IMG/VR virus record: IMGVR_UViG_3300028048_000085
Coordinates: 1 to 64,000 of that record
Length of the DNA: 64,000 nucleotides
Reading direction: 5' to 3' (one strand)
Source: a virus
Taxonomy: Duplodnaviria; Caudoviricetes
In this document: in pieces, positions 29,417 through 40,256 of the stretch
How the letters are laid out: each line of letters starts with the position of its first letter
Position numbering within the stretch: the first letter of the stretch is position 1
Made by a program: the position numbers and the translations under genes
Notes under the pieces: model-generated
Databases searched by the model: none
Seen by the model: only the letters and a program-made list of their open reading frames with translations
Told to the model about the DNA's origin: nothing

Positions 29417-31885
29417 TTAGAAATCATCATCCATCATAGAAGCTGGATCTGCGTCAGCACCACCATCAGCAGTTGCTGGTGGTTTATTAACTTCAACGTT
29501 GATTCTTGCCATCTGTGTAAGACGGTCAACATCATCAAAGTCAATATATGTACCAAGAATATTTCGTACATAGATTTTTCTAAACTCAGACTTAACTTCA
29601 TCTGGCTCACTAGATAATTCAGAATCAATAATCTTATCAGCCATATTATTAACATTATCAAACATCTGAGCATTATTCTGTAATGCTAAATAATATGGTG
29701 GTGGTAAGATGATCTCAATTTCTGCATTATCTTCGTCAAATTCATAGTTATATGTCTTAGTATAGATCTTAGAGACAAACTTCTCAACTTTTCTCTGTCT
29801 GGTTGTAATACCTTTCAGATAACGAGAATTGCTCATTGTAAATCTAGTAGCAAAATCTTGCTGCATGGTAGAATTTACAAATTCAAATGGAGTACCAGTA
29901 GCATTAACTGCTGCTTCTTCCATCTTCTCCATAAGATCTGTAGGAGTATTCACTTCTTGTCCTTGCATAACCTCAAACTGAATTGGTGGATCACCAGAAG
30001 GACCCAAAGGAATTACATAATCATTATACTTACCAACGACATTTAGAATATTATTCATTGATTCAATCTGTCGCATACCGAAGTTACCCTTCTTAATCTG
30101 AGCAACTACATTCATCATAGTACGAGCTGTATTCTGCTCTACATTTTGCTTTACATAGTATACTCTCTTATCATTTGATCTTGTGATCTTTCCAATAACA
30201 TCTGTTAAGTATAATAAGATGTATAACATAGCTGGTACTAATGATTTTCTAAGATCTGATATACCTCGATGAGTATGCTCATCCAGTTCAAAGTAACAAT
30301 GAACAATATCATCCGCTGGGATAAAGGTAACAGCAATATTGTTAGCTTTTGTTACATTGAATTTATCATTGTAATTCAATACAGCATAAATCTCATCTTT
30401 TAAATCCTTATTTGCATTAATGAAATGAGAATCAATCTGAGCAGAAATCTTAGCAGCAATATAACGTGTTACTAATTCCTGCTGTTCTCCAGACATATCC
30501 TGCTGGAACATAGCAGCGTTTGTGATACCAGGAGTTGTATGATTTCCTCCACAGAATCCACACTTACCAGGATCTTCCATAATATCAAGATAGTAATATC
30601 CAACGCATCTCTTATCAAAATAGATTGGAATTACATTTTCCCTAGGAAGAATCTCCAATACAGCACCATTAATATTAGTTACTTTCTCTGCAGAATCATC
30701 GTCAATAGAAGATACAATTAAACCTTCTGCAGATGCCGTATTTCTAAGTCTACCCTTCTGTGGGTGTCCTTTAAAAATAGATACCATCTGGTTCTGATTG
30801 CTACTTCCAGCTTCTGATACAACCTCACCACTCATCTTGTTAGATTCATGTAAAGATGATAATGATTTAAAAGCTTTAATCTTTTCGGATTCTGTAGCAA
30901 TATATGATTCTTCTATATATGAATTGATCATACCAGAATCATTAAATGTAATTGTTACTTCTCCTAAATCTGGCATACCTTCCATCAATGACTTCTCACT
31001 AATGTCAGCTTCTTCAGATACCTGCTTTACATATGATTTGAAATCAGATGTAACTGCATAAGACTCTTCAAGAATTGTTCTAGAAGGTGCATCAATATAT
31101 GCATTCTCATATAAACGATTCTGTGGTAACATCTGTCCGCCCTGGTGACCATACATTCTGCGTCTCTTTAATAACTGATCGAAAGCAGTATTATATGGAA
31201 CACAGTATACAAATGCTTCACCATACTTAGAAGTCTTCATATATGCACGATCAATAAAATCCTGAAAATCATAGATTCTTTCTAATCGTTTTGAGTTTGC
31301 TGTAAATTTGGCAACCTCTTTCTTTGATGTCTTTGTATACTTTGGATTGATAAAATTCTTAGAGAAATTATCAGATGATAATACATTATCTCTTTTGATC
31401 TCCAAGGCATCTAATAGTTTTGGCATATACTTGCAGATCATATCATAATTGTAATTCTCTGCCTGTATAAATTTATGAATCTCTTCCGTAGCAAATAAAT
31501 TTGTTAGAAGATTATCGTTCTGGAACAAATCCTGAACAGAAGACATTAGTTTTTCTGTATTTGATTTAGATCCTCCCTCTAATCTTCGCAGCAATTCTAC
31601 AACACCAGAAGAGTTTGTATCGTTGAATTGTAATTTATCGATCGCTGTATCCATATTATCGATGATATCATCTAAATTATGTGTATCATCTGTTCTGGAT
31701 AAATAGATATCTTTATACAAGCTATCCATTTTGCTATCTAATAAATCTAGCTTCTGAGTTATACTACGAGGAGTCTTATACTCGTTATCATCGCTATTAC
31801 TATTATTCGTAGTATCAGCCATAATTGTCTCCTTTCTCAATTCATATAGTCGTTTTATATTAAAGTACGAATCTATAGACCCCAT
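29417..31885 (-). CDS. Portal protein (start probably MADTT near 31822)
   Basis: ITRSNDKRVYYV resembles the T4 gp20-type R...RR(V/I)(F/Y)Y motif; size and position near terminase and sheath. Confidence 0.65.
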   Translation of the reverse strand: MGSIDSYFNIKRLYELRKETIMADTTNNSNSDDNEYKTPRSITQKLDLLDSKMDSLYKDIYLSRTDDTHNLDDIIDNMDTAIDKLQFNDTNSSGVVELLRRLEGGSKSNTEKLMSSVQDLFQNDNLLTNLFATEEIHKFIQAENYNYDMICKYMPKLLDALEIKRDNVLSSDNFSKNFINPKYTKTSKKEVAKFTANSKRLERIYDFQDFIDRAYMKTSKYGEAFVYCVPYNTAFDQLLKRRRMYGHQGGQMLPQNRLYENAYIDAPSRTILEESYAVTSDFKSYVKQVSEEADISEKSLMEGMPDLGEVTITFNDSGMINSYIEESYIATESEKIKAFKSLSSLHESNKMSGEVVSEAGSSNQNQMVSIFKGHPQKGRLRNTASAEGLIVSSIDDDSAEKVTNINGAVLEILPRENVIPIYFDKRCVGYYYLDIMEDPGKCGFCGGNHTTPGITNAAMFQQDMSGEQQELVTRYIAAKISAQIDSHFINANKDLKDEIYAVLNYNDKFNVTKANNIAVTFIPADDIVHCYFELDEHTHRGISDLRKSLVPAMLYILLYLTDVIGKITRSNDKRVYYVKQNVEQNTARTMMNVVAQIKKGNFGMRQIESMNNILNVVGKYNDYVIPLGPSGDPPIQFEVMQGQEVNTPTDLMEKMEEAAVNATGTPFEFVNSTMQQDFATRFTMSNSRYLKGITTRQRKVEKFVSKIYTKTYNYEFDEDNAEIEIILPPPYYLALQNNAQMFDNVNNMADKIIDSELSSEPDEVKSEFRKIYVRNILGTYIDFDDVDRLTQMARINVEVNKPPATADGGADADPASMMDDDF

Positions 31886-31921
31886 TATAGGGATCTATGT
31901 AGTACATATTTTTCTTTAGAT

Positions 31922-32566
31922 CTATTTATACGTAATTGTACTAATGAACCCACAGGCACTACTAATAACTCGCTCTAAATCATCATTATGATAATTCTTC
32001 AAAAATACCATATGATTTAGATCTTTTTCAAGATCTCCTAAGTTTGTATCAAACTCTTCTTTCTCATCAGTTATTCTTCTACACATCTCATAGATATCTT
32101 CATCTCTGCTACTTCCCATACGACTCATAATACGATGAAGTCGCTCAATAACCGGAACTTCAATTCTCAGTAATTCTACAGAGATATCCTGTTCATTCTT
32201 TGACCATTCTAAATAAGAACGATACTGTGCAGGAGATGCCGTGGCAATATAGTTATCATCACTTATACCATACTGAATATGTGATTTTAATGTAAAGTAA
32301 TTCACATTCCCATTGTTGATAGTATGATAATATCGATTCTCGATAAAATCTTCAGATGGTATTTTGCTAAAATCATCTTTTGTGTAGAAGTAATATTCTA
32401 CACCATGTTTTTCGCCATTACGTGGTGCTCTAGTAGTACCATAGCATAATGGTTTTAATTTTGTATCTTTACAGAAAGTCTTATCTTCTAAAATCTTATT
32501 ATATAACGTGGATTTCCCACTACCGGATTCACCAACAATACAAAAAATATGTCTCATATTAAACAA
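31922..32566 (-). CDS. gmk: Guanylate kinase-like protein
   Basis: GESGSGKST, TTRAPRNGEKHGVEYYF. Confidence 0.88.
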   Translation of the reverse strand: MFNMRHIFCIVGESGSGKSTLYNKILEDKTFCKDTKLKPLCYGTTRAPRNGEKHGVEYYFYTKDDFSKIPSEDFIENRYYHTINNGNVNYFTLKSHIQYGISDDNYIATASPAQYRSYLEWSKNEQDISVELLRIEVPVIERLHRIMSRMGSSRDEDIYEMCRRITDEKEEFDTNLGDLEKDLNHMVFLKNYHNDDLERVISSACGFISTITYK

Positions 32567-32699
32567 CCTTTCTAAATTACCAATTATCAGATTGTTTTCA
32601 CCGTATCAAATTATTAAAAAAGTATAGGAGTGGAGTTTAACACCCCACTCCCATAACTTATTTAGTATAAAGTATTTAGGGAATACCTAAATGTTTACC

Positions 32700-33641
32700 T
32701 TACATATCAGAAGCATTGGTGTAAGCTGTCTTAAGATCAGTTGCACCAGTGTTACTATGCTCAGATTTAAGTACCTTGTACTTATAATCAACAGAGCTTG
32801 CAGAGAATGTAAGATTGTCAGCAGTCTTGCTCATCTTAGCAATCTTATTAGCTGCACTATTCTTGCTGCTATTAAGATAATGGTATCCTGTGATATCATG
32901 TCCAAGAAGATAGTTAGCTGCACGATCTACATAGTAACCAGTAATTGGCATACAGTTGAACTCAAGAGTGTATTCAACGTTCTGACCAATTGCATCACGG
33001 TTGCCGTTGTACTGAGAGAAGTCTGCTTTAGTAAGCTGACAGTTTGCTAACAGTACTGCACGCTCAAGGCGAAGCATTGTAGAATCTGTAACATAGTACA
33101 TCATTGTCCATACTTCGTTTGCATATGAAGGTGACAAATCACCGCTCTGAATCAATCCATGGTAAGTCTTAGCCTGAGTCTTAAGATCGTGAAGACCTGT
33201 AAGGTAGTACTCAGAATACTTCTCGATTAATCCACCAGATCTCTCAAAATACTGCATAGAGATTGTAGCAGATGTCTCCTGAGTTACCTTTGATACCATA
33301 CGCTGTGTATTGATACCATCTGTAAGCTCAAGAGTATCAGCCTGAATATCTGGCAGACCATCTAATCCACGGAACTCATACTCAAGCATATGCTCGAATG
33401 AGATATTCATGTTCTTGATGGTATCTGTTGTTGCCTTCTTTGCAAGCATTGATAAGAACTTAGGACGATTGATTACCTGTAAAAACTGGAAACCTTTCTC
33501 GTACTGCTGGAACTGACCAATCTGAGTGAAGTCGGTAACACCACGGAAAGCCGTGTACTGTGTGAGAGACTTTGGCTTAATCGTATAAGCATTAAAGATA
33601 CCCTTACCAGTAGAGATTGAACCACTGTCTTTATTAGCCAT
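32700..33641 (-). CDS. Putative tail tube protein
   Basis: 313-aa gene immediately downstream of the sheath gene; assigned mainly by synteny. Confidence 0.55.
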   Translation of the reverse strand: MANKDSGSISTGKGIFNAYTIKPKSLTQYTAFRGVTDFTQIGQFQQYEKGFQFLQVINRPKFLSMLAKKATTDTIKNMNISFEHMLEYEFRGLDGLPDIQADTLELTDGINTQRMVSKVTQETSATISMQYFERSGGLIEKYSEYYLTGLHDLKTQAKTYHGLIQSGDLSPSYANEVWTMMYYVTDSTMLRLERAVLLANCQLTKADFSQYNGNRDAIGQNVEYTLEFNCMPITGYYVDRAANYLLGHDITGYHYLNSSKNSAANKIAKMSKTADNLTFSASSVDYKYKVLKSEHSNTGATDLKTAYTNASDM

Positions 33642-33659
33642 TGTTACTTACCTCCTTTC

Positions 33660-35417
33660 TTAGTCATTGTTCACTGCGTAGATATCAAATACTTCTGTCT
33701 GAGCCCAGTTAAGGAATGCAAATCTGATAGAAGCGTAGAAAATCTTCTGAGATTCCTTAAGTGGGTCTGATGTGTACTCGAATTCAAGCAGATCGAAGTT
33801 AGTTGTATAGTCACTGAGCACTTCACTAACTGCATCAGCATAAGCCTGAAGATCACCAGTTGTAGAAAGTGCATAACGCTGCTTAGGACATGTATTACGT
33901 ACATCACGCATTACTGTCTGAATAGCAAGAACGTTGTTTACATAGCTAAGCTGTGTATATCTATCCTGAGATGTGTAAGAAGACTGTACAACACAATCTC
34001 TTCCCTCAAAGATAGCATAGTTCACGCGCAGCTCATCTACTGCTTCCTTCTGATTAATAGAAGGTGTATTGATTGGAGTGAAGTTGATTGTACCCTCGAT
34101 AGCATTAGGAAGGATAAATCCATTGATGCTACCAGCTACTGGGTTGAATGCTCCTCCAGCAACATGGTCAACGAGATCGATAGCAAGATCATACAGCATT
34201 GTAACCGTAATATTCTTACGTGTTGTCGGCTCCTTGATCTGATATGTTGTGAAATAATCAGCAACAAAGCGAGATCTTTCATCAATAAAGCCGTCATGTG
34301 CAGCCTTAATCTCTAAGAAAGAGTTAAGATCCTTTGTGCCATAATCTCTGAAGTATACGAAATCCTGACGGAATTCTACGAGATCAAAGATAGCCTTCTT
34401 TGTAGATCTAGGATAATCTGCATCTACAATAGCTGCAAACTTGTACTGATCAACATCAAAGATACGATTATCGAACTCACCAGTGAATACCTTATTGAGC
34501 TGAGCTTCCCAAGCTGGTGTATCTACTGGAGCATCTCCGAACGCACCATTTGATCCTTCAGCAAGGGCTACACCTGTTGTTGCATCAAGATCAACACTTG
34601 TAGAATCAATAGTTAATCCAGCATACTCTGATCCCTTATATGTATAACCATATAACAGATCGTTGTTACGGATCTCATCTCCAGACTTATTAAGAGCTTT
34701 TGCAATCTTATTTACGAATAACTCGTATACAGCATCATCTACAAGTCCCTTTACCTGAACACCAACAGATTCATCCAGTCTGTAAGCATTGCCCTGGTAA
34801 ATAACAGTAGGATCTAAGCTGATAGCATTACGCTCAATAACATCATTACCCTCATAGATTACAAGAGTATAGAATGTCTTACCAATTGTCTTAGATGTCT
34901 GATAATCTGGAGTGATACGTACACTCTTAGAAGATACACCTCGACCATTATCTGTAAAGAACATGAGTGGATATACACCTGCATTGTCATCCAGTAATGC
35001 AGAAGCTTTCTGCTCTACCTCTTTATAAGATTTACATCCTGAAACACTCTGTGTCTCGTATTTAATTTTTGCTGATCCTTCAGAACCAGTAACAGTTGCA
35101 GTAACAATAAGGTTTGCAAGAGTAGAATCTTCTGCAACAATTCTCTTACAGAATAATCTACCACCAGCATCGATAATAGCCTTAGCCTGGATTGCAGACT
35201 GACCATGACGAGCAAAACTCATGCTACCATACATAGCATCAAAATTGTCAGATCCAGAGATAATTGTTAGCTCTTCTGTACCCTTATCAGCAGAGAAGAC
35301 CTGACAAAAAAGTGGTGAGTCATCAACGACATCAGCAACCACATTGTTGTTAATCTCTGACAGATCATGCCAATTCACATAAGTACCTGGTGCTGCCATT
35401 TGATATTCCTCCTTCAT
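33660..35417 (-). CDS. Tail sheath protein
   Basis: APGTYV start, F..MYG, IVDADYP..K.AI..LV..R.D, LSYVNNV motifs typical of contractile sheaths. Confidence 0.75.
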   Translation of the reverse strand: MKEEYQMAAPGTYVNWHDLSEINNNVVADVVDDSPLFCQVFSADKGTEELTIISGSDNFDAMYGSMSFARHGQSAIQAKAIIDAGGRLFCKRIVAEDSTLANLIVTATVTGSEGSAKIKYETQSVSGCKSYKEVEQKASALLDDNAGVYPLMFFTDNGRGVSSKSVRITPDYQTSKTIGKTFYTLVIYEGNDVIERNAISLDPTVIYQGNAYRLDESVGVQVKGLVDDAVYELFVNKIAKALNKSGDEIRNNDLLYGYTYKGSEYAGLTIDSTSVDLDATTGVALAEGSNGAFGDAPVDTPAWEAQLNKVFTGEFDNRIFDVDQYKFAAIVDADYPRSTKKAIFDLVEFRQDFVYFRDYGTKDLNSFLEIKAAHDGFIDERSRFVADYFTTYQIKEPTTRKNITVTMLYDLAIDLVDHVAGGAFNPVAGSINGFILPNAIEGTINFTPINTPSINQKEAVDELRVNYAIFEGRDCVVQSSYTSQDRYTQLSYVNNVLAIQTVMRDVRNTCPKQRYALSTTGDLQAYADAVSEVLSDYTTNFDLLEFEYTSDPLKESQKIFYASIRFAFLNWAQTEVFDIYAVNND

Positions 35418-35526
35418 TTAGATTTTTAATGCTTTATACCAAATAAATTTAAAACACTAGATTTATACTTATGTTAAATTCAACAATTATAAGGAGTAAG
35501 AGTTTACACTCTTACCCCAATATAAA

Positions 35527-36282
35527 TTACTGCGTAACAATTTTTTCAATTGGAGAATTTGGTAATTCTTCATCTGGTACATCTCTCATTAAGATTGCTG
35601 AACGTAAATGCTCATCAAAGTTCTGCTGTGATGTTGCTGCAGCATATGGTGATATATAGTTTGGTACTTTTAAGATAGATATCAATCGATAATCGTGCAT
35701 ATCCTTCATATCAGTATAACTGAACGGCACTTTGATATTATTTTTATCTCTACAGATTGCTCGCACAATAATACCAAATAGCTGAGCATTTAGGTTATAA
35801 CTAAATCCATTCAGTCTACCATTCTCAATAAAGATCTCCCAAATCTTATCATAAGAAATTGTATTGGGTATCTTCGCTGTTAATACTGCTAACTTGAAGA
35901 ATATTTCTACGTTATCTATCATCTGTGGTACTCGTAGTTCTGATATAATCTCATCATTATATCCAAATCGTAACACTCGATAATCAGCAGCTTCCTTAGC
36001 ATCTCCTAATGTAATATGCTTTACTTTTTCGATCTCATATGGTTTACACATAACCATTGTTGGACAATCAAATGTACCAAACTCTGTCACTTTACCAGAC
36101 TTATTTATGATCTGATAATTACAGATGCCAATAAATGTAACATACTGACCATCAATGGCAGCTATGAAAACTTTTGTATTAGAAAAGAAGTCTTCTGGTA
36201 CATAGTATTCAAATATAGAACCATCGTTCTTATCATATACAAGAGACTTACCATCTATTCTAGAAAAACTAGGAACTTGCAT
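35527..36282 (-). CDS. Hypothetical protein, possibly a small RNA polymerase subunit resembling the beta-prime C-terminus
   Basis: LFGIIVRAICRD and LISI...SPYAAATSQQNFDEHLRSAIL...E.IV weakly echo beta-prime HIEVIVRQM and GIT...SFISAASFQET..VL..AA. Confidence 0.35.
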   Translation of the reverse strand: MQVPSFSRIDGKSLVYDKNDGSIFEYYVPEDFFSNTKVFIAAIDGQYVTFIGICNYQIINKSGKVTEFGTFDCPTMVMCKPYEIEKVKHITLGDAKEAADYRVLRFGYNDEIISELRVPQMIDNVEIFFKLAVLTAKIPNTISYDKIWEIFIENGRLNGFSYNLNAQLFGIIVRAICRDKNNIKVPFSYTDMKDMHDYRLISILKVPNYISPYAAATSQQNFDEHLRSAILMRDVPDEELPNSPIEKIVTQ

Positions 36283-36370
36283 AGTCTTTATCCTCCTTCT
36301 ATTATTAATATTAAGTTGACCCTGACAAAAAATAAAGCCCTAGAGGTGTTACCCTCTAGGGCAGCTATAA

Positions 36371-36718
36371 TTATATCAAATCATCATAGTTGTTATCTGT
36401 TCTACGAAGTCTGCTGAAATTCTTAACAGCATTTGCATTAATTTTATCAACGCTATTCTTCTGCTTCATATTATGTACAGATCTTGGTGTGCGATTTCCT
36501 GGTGATCGTAATCCACCTCTAGCAGCATTATCTAAAGTAGCTCTTCTTTGGTCACGGATATCCTCTTTTGTCATATATTTACTAGCACGATGCTTCCCAC
36601 TATTACGATCCATAGCATCTCTAACAGCATAGCTGGCAGCGATGTCACTCTTAAACTCATAGAGTACATCTTCTACTGCTTCTCTTACTATCTGTCTAAG
36701 ATATTCTTCATTATTCAT
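36371..36718 (-). CDS. Small basic hypothetical protein
   Basis: AGGAGG RBS; N-terminal LRQIVREAVEDVLYE motif. Confidence 0.6.
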   Translation of the reverse strand: MNNEEYLRQIVREAVEDVLYEFKSDIAASYAVRDAMDRNSGKHRASKYMTKEDIRDQRRATLDNAARGGLRSPGNRTPRSVHNMKQKNSVDKINANAVKNFSRLRRTDNNYDDLI

Positions 36719-36851
36719 ATTACATTATTCCTCCTATGATTTTGTAATTAGAAATAGTATCATTATAAATACGTGCAAAAAAAAAACAAATTTTGAAAAT
36801 TAATAAAAAAAAAATAAAATATTGGTGAGCTATCTCTAGCTCACCTAATTA

Positions 36852-37373
36852 TTATTTATTATATTTAGGAGACTTACTAGCTGCAATCAGCTTCGTATAC
36901 TCAACTGTCGTGATCTCTTTCATTTTTCCAGTTTCATTATCTGGGATATTCTTCTTTGTTGCTGGGATTACTTTCTTGTATAACCCAGCTTCTGTTACAT
37001 CGTTCTGGACAATATTAATCTTTCGTCCAGTATCTGTATAGACATTAATGAAGTCTTTTGCATTTGTAATTAAGAAGTTAGCATCTCTCTTAGTGAAAGA
37101 ATATCGTTTTGCTAAATTAGCAGCATCTTTATGATCTAATCCGGTTGTTCCGACAATGATATTTCTAACAAACTTCATTGCTTCATCATGAGGAGATCTC
37201 TGACCAATATATCCAAGGTTTTTATCATAAATTCCAACAGTAAAATCTGGATCATTAATCATAGCCTGCATAACCTTAACTTCATCACTACGATTGATAG
37301 CTATTAGGTTAGAGGTTGATGTTTTCTCTTTGATCTCTTCCATTATATCTTTTAATGCTACAGAATTACTCAT
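36852..37373 (-). CDS. Hypothetical protein
   Basis: ORF with AGGAG RBS and downstream hairpin. Confidence 0.65.
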   Translation of the reverse strand: MSNSVALKDIMEEIKEKTSTSNLIAINRSDEVKVMQAMINDPDFTVGIYDKNLGYIGQRSPHDEAMKFVRNIIVGTTGLDHKDAANLAKRYSFTKRDANFLITNAKDFINVYTDTGRKINIVQNDVTEAGLYKKVIPATKKNIPDNETGKMKEITTVEYTKLIAASKSPKYNK

Positions 37374-37560
37374 GACTATCTTCTCCTTTGTTCTCTAGAT
37401 TATCTCTAGTAATAAATTCAATTGGACAAATAACCTTTGGTTTCTTCCCATTAGTTAAGATCCAATTCTTTAATTCATCTGAATCATTGTCTTTTAAAAT
37501 CTTTAGAAATGTTTCTCTTTCTGATAAACTCAATGATTTCCTCCTAACGTGATAATTCAA
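37366..37560 (-). CDS. Small hypothetical protein
   Basis: Overlaps the next start; start codon uncertain. Confidence 0.4.
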   Translation of the reverse strand: MNYHVRRKSLSLSERETFLKILKDNDSDELKNWILTNGKKPKVICPIEFITRDNLENKGEDSHE

Positions 37561-37711
37561 TTATAAGATTGTTGGTCTGGTAGTAGTTTACTACATCGCA
37601 AAATATCTCTATAGTATCCAAAAGTGGATCTTGTAGAGATTATACTATCTATCAAGATCATAAATATAATATATAACCAAATCAAACATTGGTATAAAAG
37701 GAGGTCTTACA

Positions 37712-38908
37712 ATGGCTACGATGAAAAATTCCGATGATTCTAAAGTGTTTGAAGAATCATTATATCCCTTGGTTGAGAAATCTCTCAAGACTAATGCAAA
37801 TAACTTGGTGCGATATATTGGACGTTTTATAGAGCGTCGACATGATGAAATTTATGCGATCGCTCCATATGATCGAATCTTCTATGGTCAGTCCGATGTA
37901 GATGAATTCTTTAAATCTATTAATATAAAAGAAGGCGAAGTAAAACAGATTATGAGAAACTGTTTCTTCTACGATATTAAGTATAATCCAACATGTGCAA
38001 AGGAAGCATATATCGAAACACTGTTAATGTGTATCCGATACTTCTTAAAGCATAATGATCGTAAAAAGGCAGAGATTACCACAATCTATTTATGCTTTAC
38101 AGGGAAAATTTATGCATCAACTCATGCATTCTTATGGCCTAAAGTTGCACCAAGAAAGTATAAAGCAGTTATGGACTACGTTGTTAATAACATGCTGACA
38201 GATAAATACGATCTTAAGAAAGAAGGATCTGTTTTTGGTGCTGTCCGTAAGTTGTCTATGACATGGTTAGATACATATGAAGATCGATTAAAGAAACCGA
38301 ATAGCGATGATGAATGTGGTAAACATATTCAGCAGATTAAGGAGCGTATCCGATCTTTCTTATATAATATTAAAGTATTATATATGGAAGCATATGAGAA
38401 TCGTCTATATCTTAATTACGAAACAGATAGCTTAGATGAAGATGATTTCCATCTAACAGATAATGATTCTGCATATGCTGCTCGTATTACAGAAGGAACT
38501 ATGGATTGGTTAACTAGTAAATCTGTTAGTGTAGATATCTGCGACCGTTGTCAAGATAATCTGGTACGTTCTCCAGAGATTCGTGATATTATTGAATCAA
38601 TCTTAGGAGATCCAGATAATTTGGATGATATTCGTAGAGTTGTCAATATTATTATCTGTGATTATCTCAGTAATAATAAGGGTGGTAATATCAATTCGCC
38701 TAAATTTATTACATATAGTTTAAAACCAAAGCCTAATTCTCATAATCCAATTATCATTGAGCAGAAGAAGATTATCATTAGTTGGTTAGATGAGAACTCG
38801 CCGCAGTATAGAAAACGTAAGACAAGAAAAGCTACAGCAATGAGTTACTTCAAAGCTATCTTAAAATACTTTGTATTTGTAATTACCATTGTAGCAGATA
38901 GACAATAG
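37712..38908 (+). CDS. Hypothetical protein
   Basis: 398-aa ORF with AGGAGG and an upstream AACA-N6-TA motif. Confidence 0.7.
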   Translation: MATMKNSDDSKVFEESLYPLVEKSLKTNANNLVRYIGRFIERRHDEIYAIAPYDRIFYGQSDVDEFFKSINIKEGEVKQIMRNCFFYDIKYNPTCAKEAYIETLLMCIRYFLKHNDRKKAEITTIYLCFTGKIYASTHAFLWPKVAPRKYKAVMDYVVNNMLTDKYDLKKEGSVFGAVRKLSMTWLDTYEDRLKKPNSDDECGKHIQQIKERIRSFLYNIKVLYMEAYENRLYLNYETDSLDEDDFHLTDNDSAYAARITEGTMDWLTSKSVSVDICDRCQDNLVRSPEIRDIIESILGDPDNLDDIRRVVNIIICDYLSNNKGGNINSPKFITYSLKPKPNSHNPIIIEQKKIIISWLDENSPQYRKRKTRKATAMSYFKAILKYFVFVITIVADRQ

Positions 38909-38920
38909 GAGGAGTAGTAT

Positions 38921-39175
38921 ATGTATACCGAGGAAATGTTACGTTCTATTATCAAAGAATCAGTAGAAGAGTCATTAGAGGAAGGATTCAACCGTAAGCA
39001 CAAACTAATATTGAATAAGAATAAACCTGGTCAGAACTCTCTGATGAGTGGTATCAATACTGAAGTTGCAGATGATCCAAATATGACTGAGGAAGATCCA
39101 GAACCAAGATTACGTAATGATGAGCCAGAAGCTGCTATTAATGTAGAGAATGCTTGGGAATCTCTATTATTATAA
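38921..39175 (+). CDS. Small acidic hypothetical protein
   Basis: AGGAGG RBS; LRSIIKESVEESLEE motif. Confidence 0.65.
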   Translation: MYTEEMLRSIIKESVEESLEEGFNRKHKLILNKNKPGQNSLMSGINTEVADDPNMTEEDPEPRLRNDEPEAAINVENAWESLLL

Positions 39176-39217
39176 CAAAAAATAAAAAGGTGGACTGCTA
39201 CAAACAGTCCACCAATT

Positions 39218-39385
39218 TTACTTCTTATTCAGTTTTGTCATCTCAGTATCTAGTAGCTTTTGAAATGTACAATCTTCTGATTTGTCGATCTTCTTACCTC
39301 CCTCATAATACTGTTGTTCCCTCACATTATTTCTAGCTATCTCGATCAGAGATATACTTCCTACTCTGATCATCATAATGATCAT
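39218..39385 (-). CDS. Small hypothetical protein
   Basis: Probable start after GGAGAGGGG; upstream ATACACTATA-N4-TG motif. Confidence 0.45.
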   Translation of the reverse strand: MIIMMIRVGSISLIEIARNNVREQQYYEGGKKIDKSEDCTFQKLLDTEMTKLNKK

Positions 39386-39662
39386 CCCCTCTCCCAAGAC
39401 GAGTAGTACTGTATATGTATTCTCTCCAATTATATAGTGTATAATTATATTTTGGTTATAAACAAACACCCCAATGGTATAATAGCCATTGGGGTGTTAC
39501 GTAGTAGGAAAATTGCCAAAAAACACAATCGGATATATTGTATACGAGGTGCCAATCCGATTACTATATAGTTATACCATATTAAAAAATAATACAAGTC
39601 TAACAATAGAATACAAGTAATAGTGCTTGCAATAATATAATTCTGAAAAGGAGATTACTAAG

Positions 39663-40187
39663 ATGGGAAATGTTTATGACGTTAATTACAAAGAGATCAA
39701 GACAGCTATCAGCAATGCAGCTCATGCTACTAGCAGAATTCGTTTTGCTATAGACTATGATACACTCAATGAGAGTGTAAAGGAGTCTGGGCTCACACTG
39801 GTACCAATTTCTCTTTCTAGTCGTCGTGTAGAAGAGGCTGATATCATCGGATTATCAGAATACTTCTGGGGATCAAGATTAAGCTGGTTTGATGATACAA
39901 AAGAATTCACAGAGTTACTCTTTGTATCAACTGATGCTATCGATGATACTGTTACTGGATTAATGAATAAGCTTGCTAAAGATCCTTCTGATAATCCAGA
40001 CTTTGATCGTGTAGAAGCCGTTGCTAAGATCACTGCTGAGTATCCATGTTATTTTGCTACTGTTGTTTCTTATAAGAGCAACGATCCAGCACGTCAGGAT
40101 AAGCTTTGCCTTACAATGGTTTGTAGAGCAAATAAAGTAATCATTAAGTCATCTAACTATCAGTACAAGGCTGAGGATATGGCTTAA
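39663..40187 (+). CDS. Hypothetical protein
   Basis: ORF with AGGAG RBS, promoter motif and terminator. Confidence 0.7.
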   Translation: MGNVYDVNYKEIKTAISNAAHATSRIRFAIDYDTLNESVKESGLTLVPISLSSRRVEEADIIGLSEYFWGSRLSWFDDTKEFTELLFVSTDAIDDTVTGLMNKLAKDPSDNPDFDRVEAVAKITAEYPCYFATVVSYKSNDPARQDKLCLTMVCRANKVIIKSSNYQYKAEDMA

Positions 40188-40256
40188 TTACTACAAGACT
40201 TTCACCAAAAAGATCCCTAGTGTAGAAATACACTAGGGATTCATTTTCTTTCTTTT

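Noticed and set aside
36776-36815. Poly-A runs as a further phase-variation site
   Set aside because: Intergenic, expected in AT-rich DNA and adjacent to a terminator
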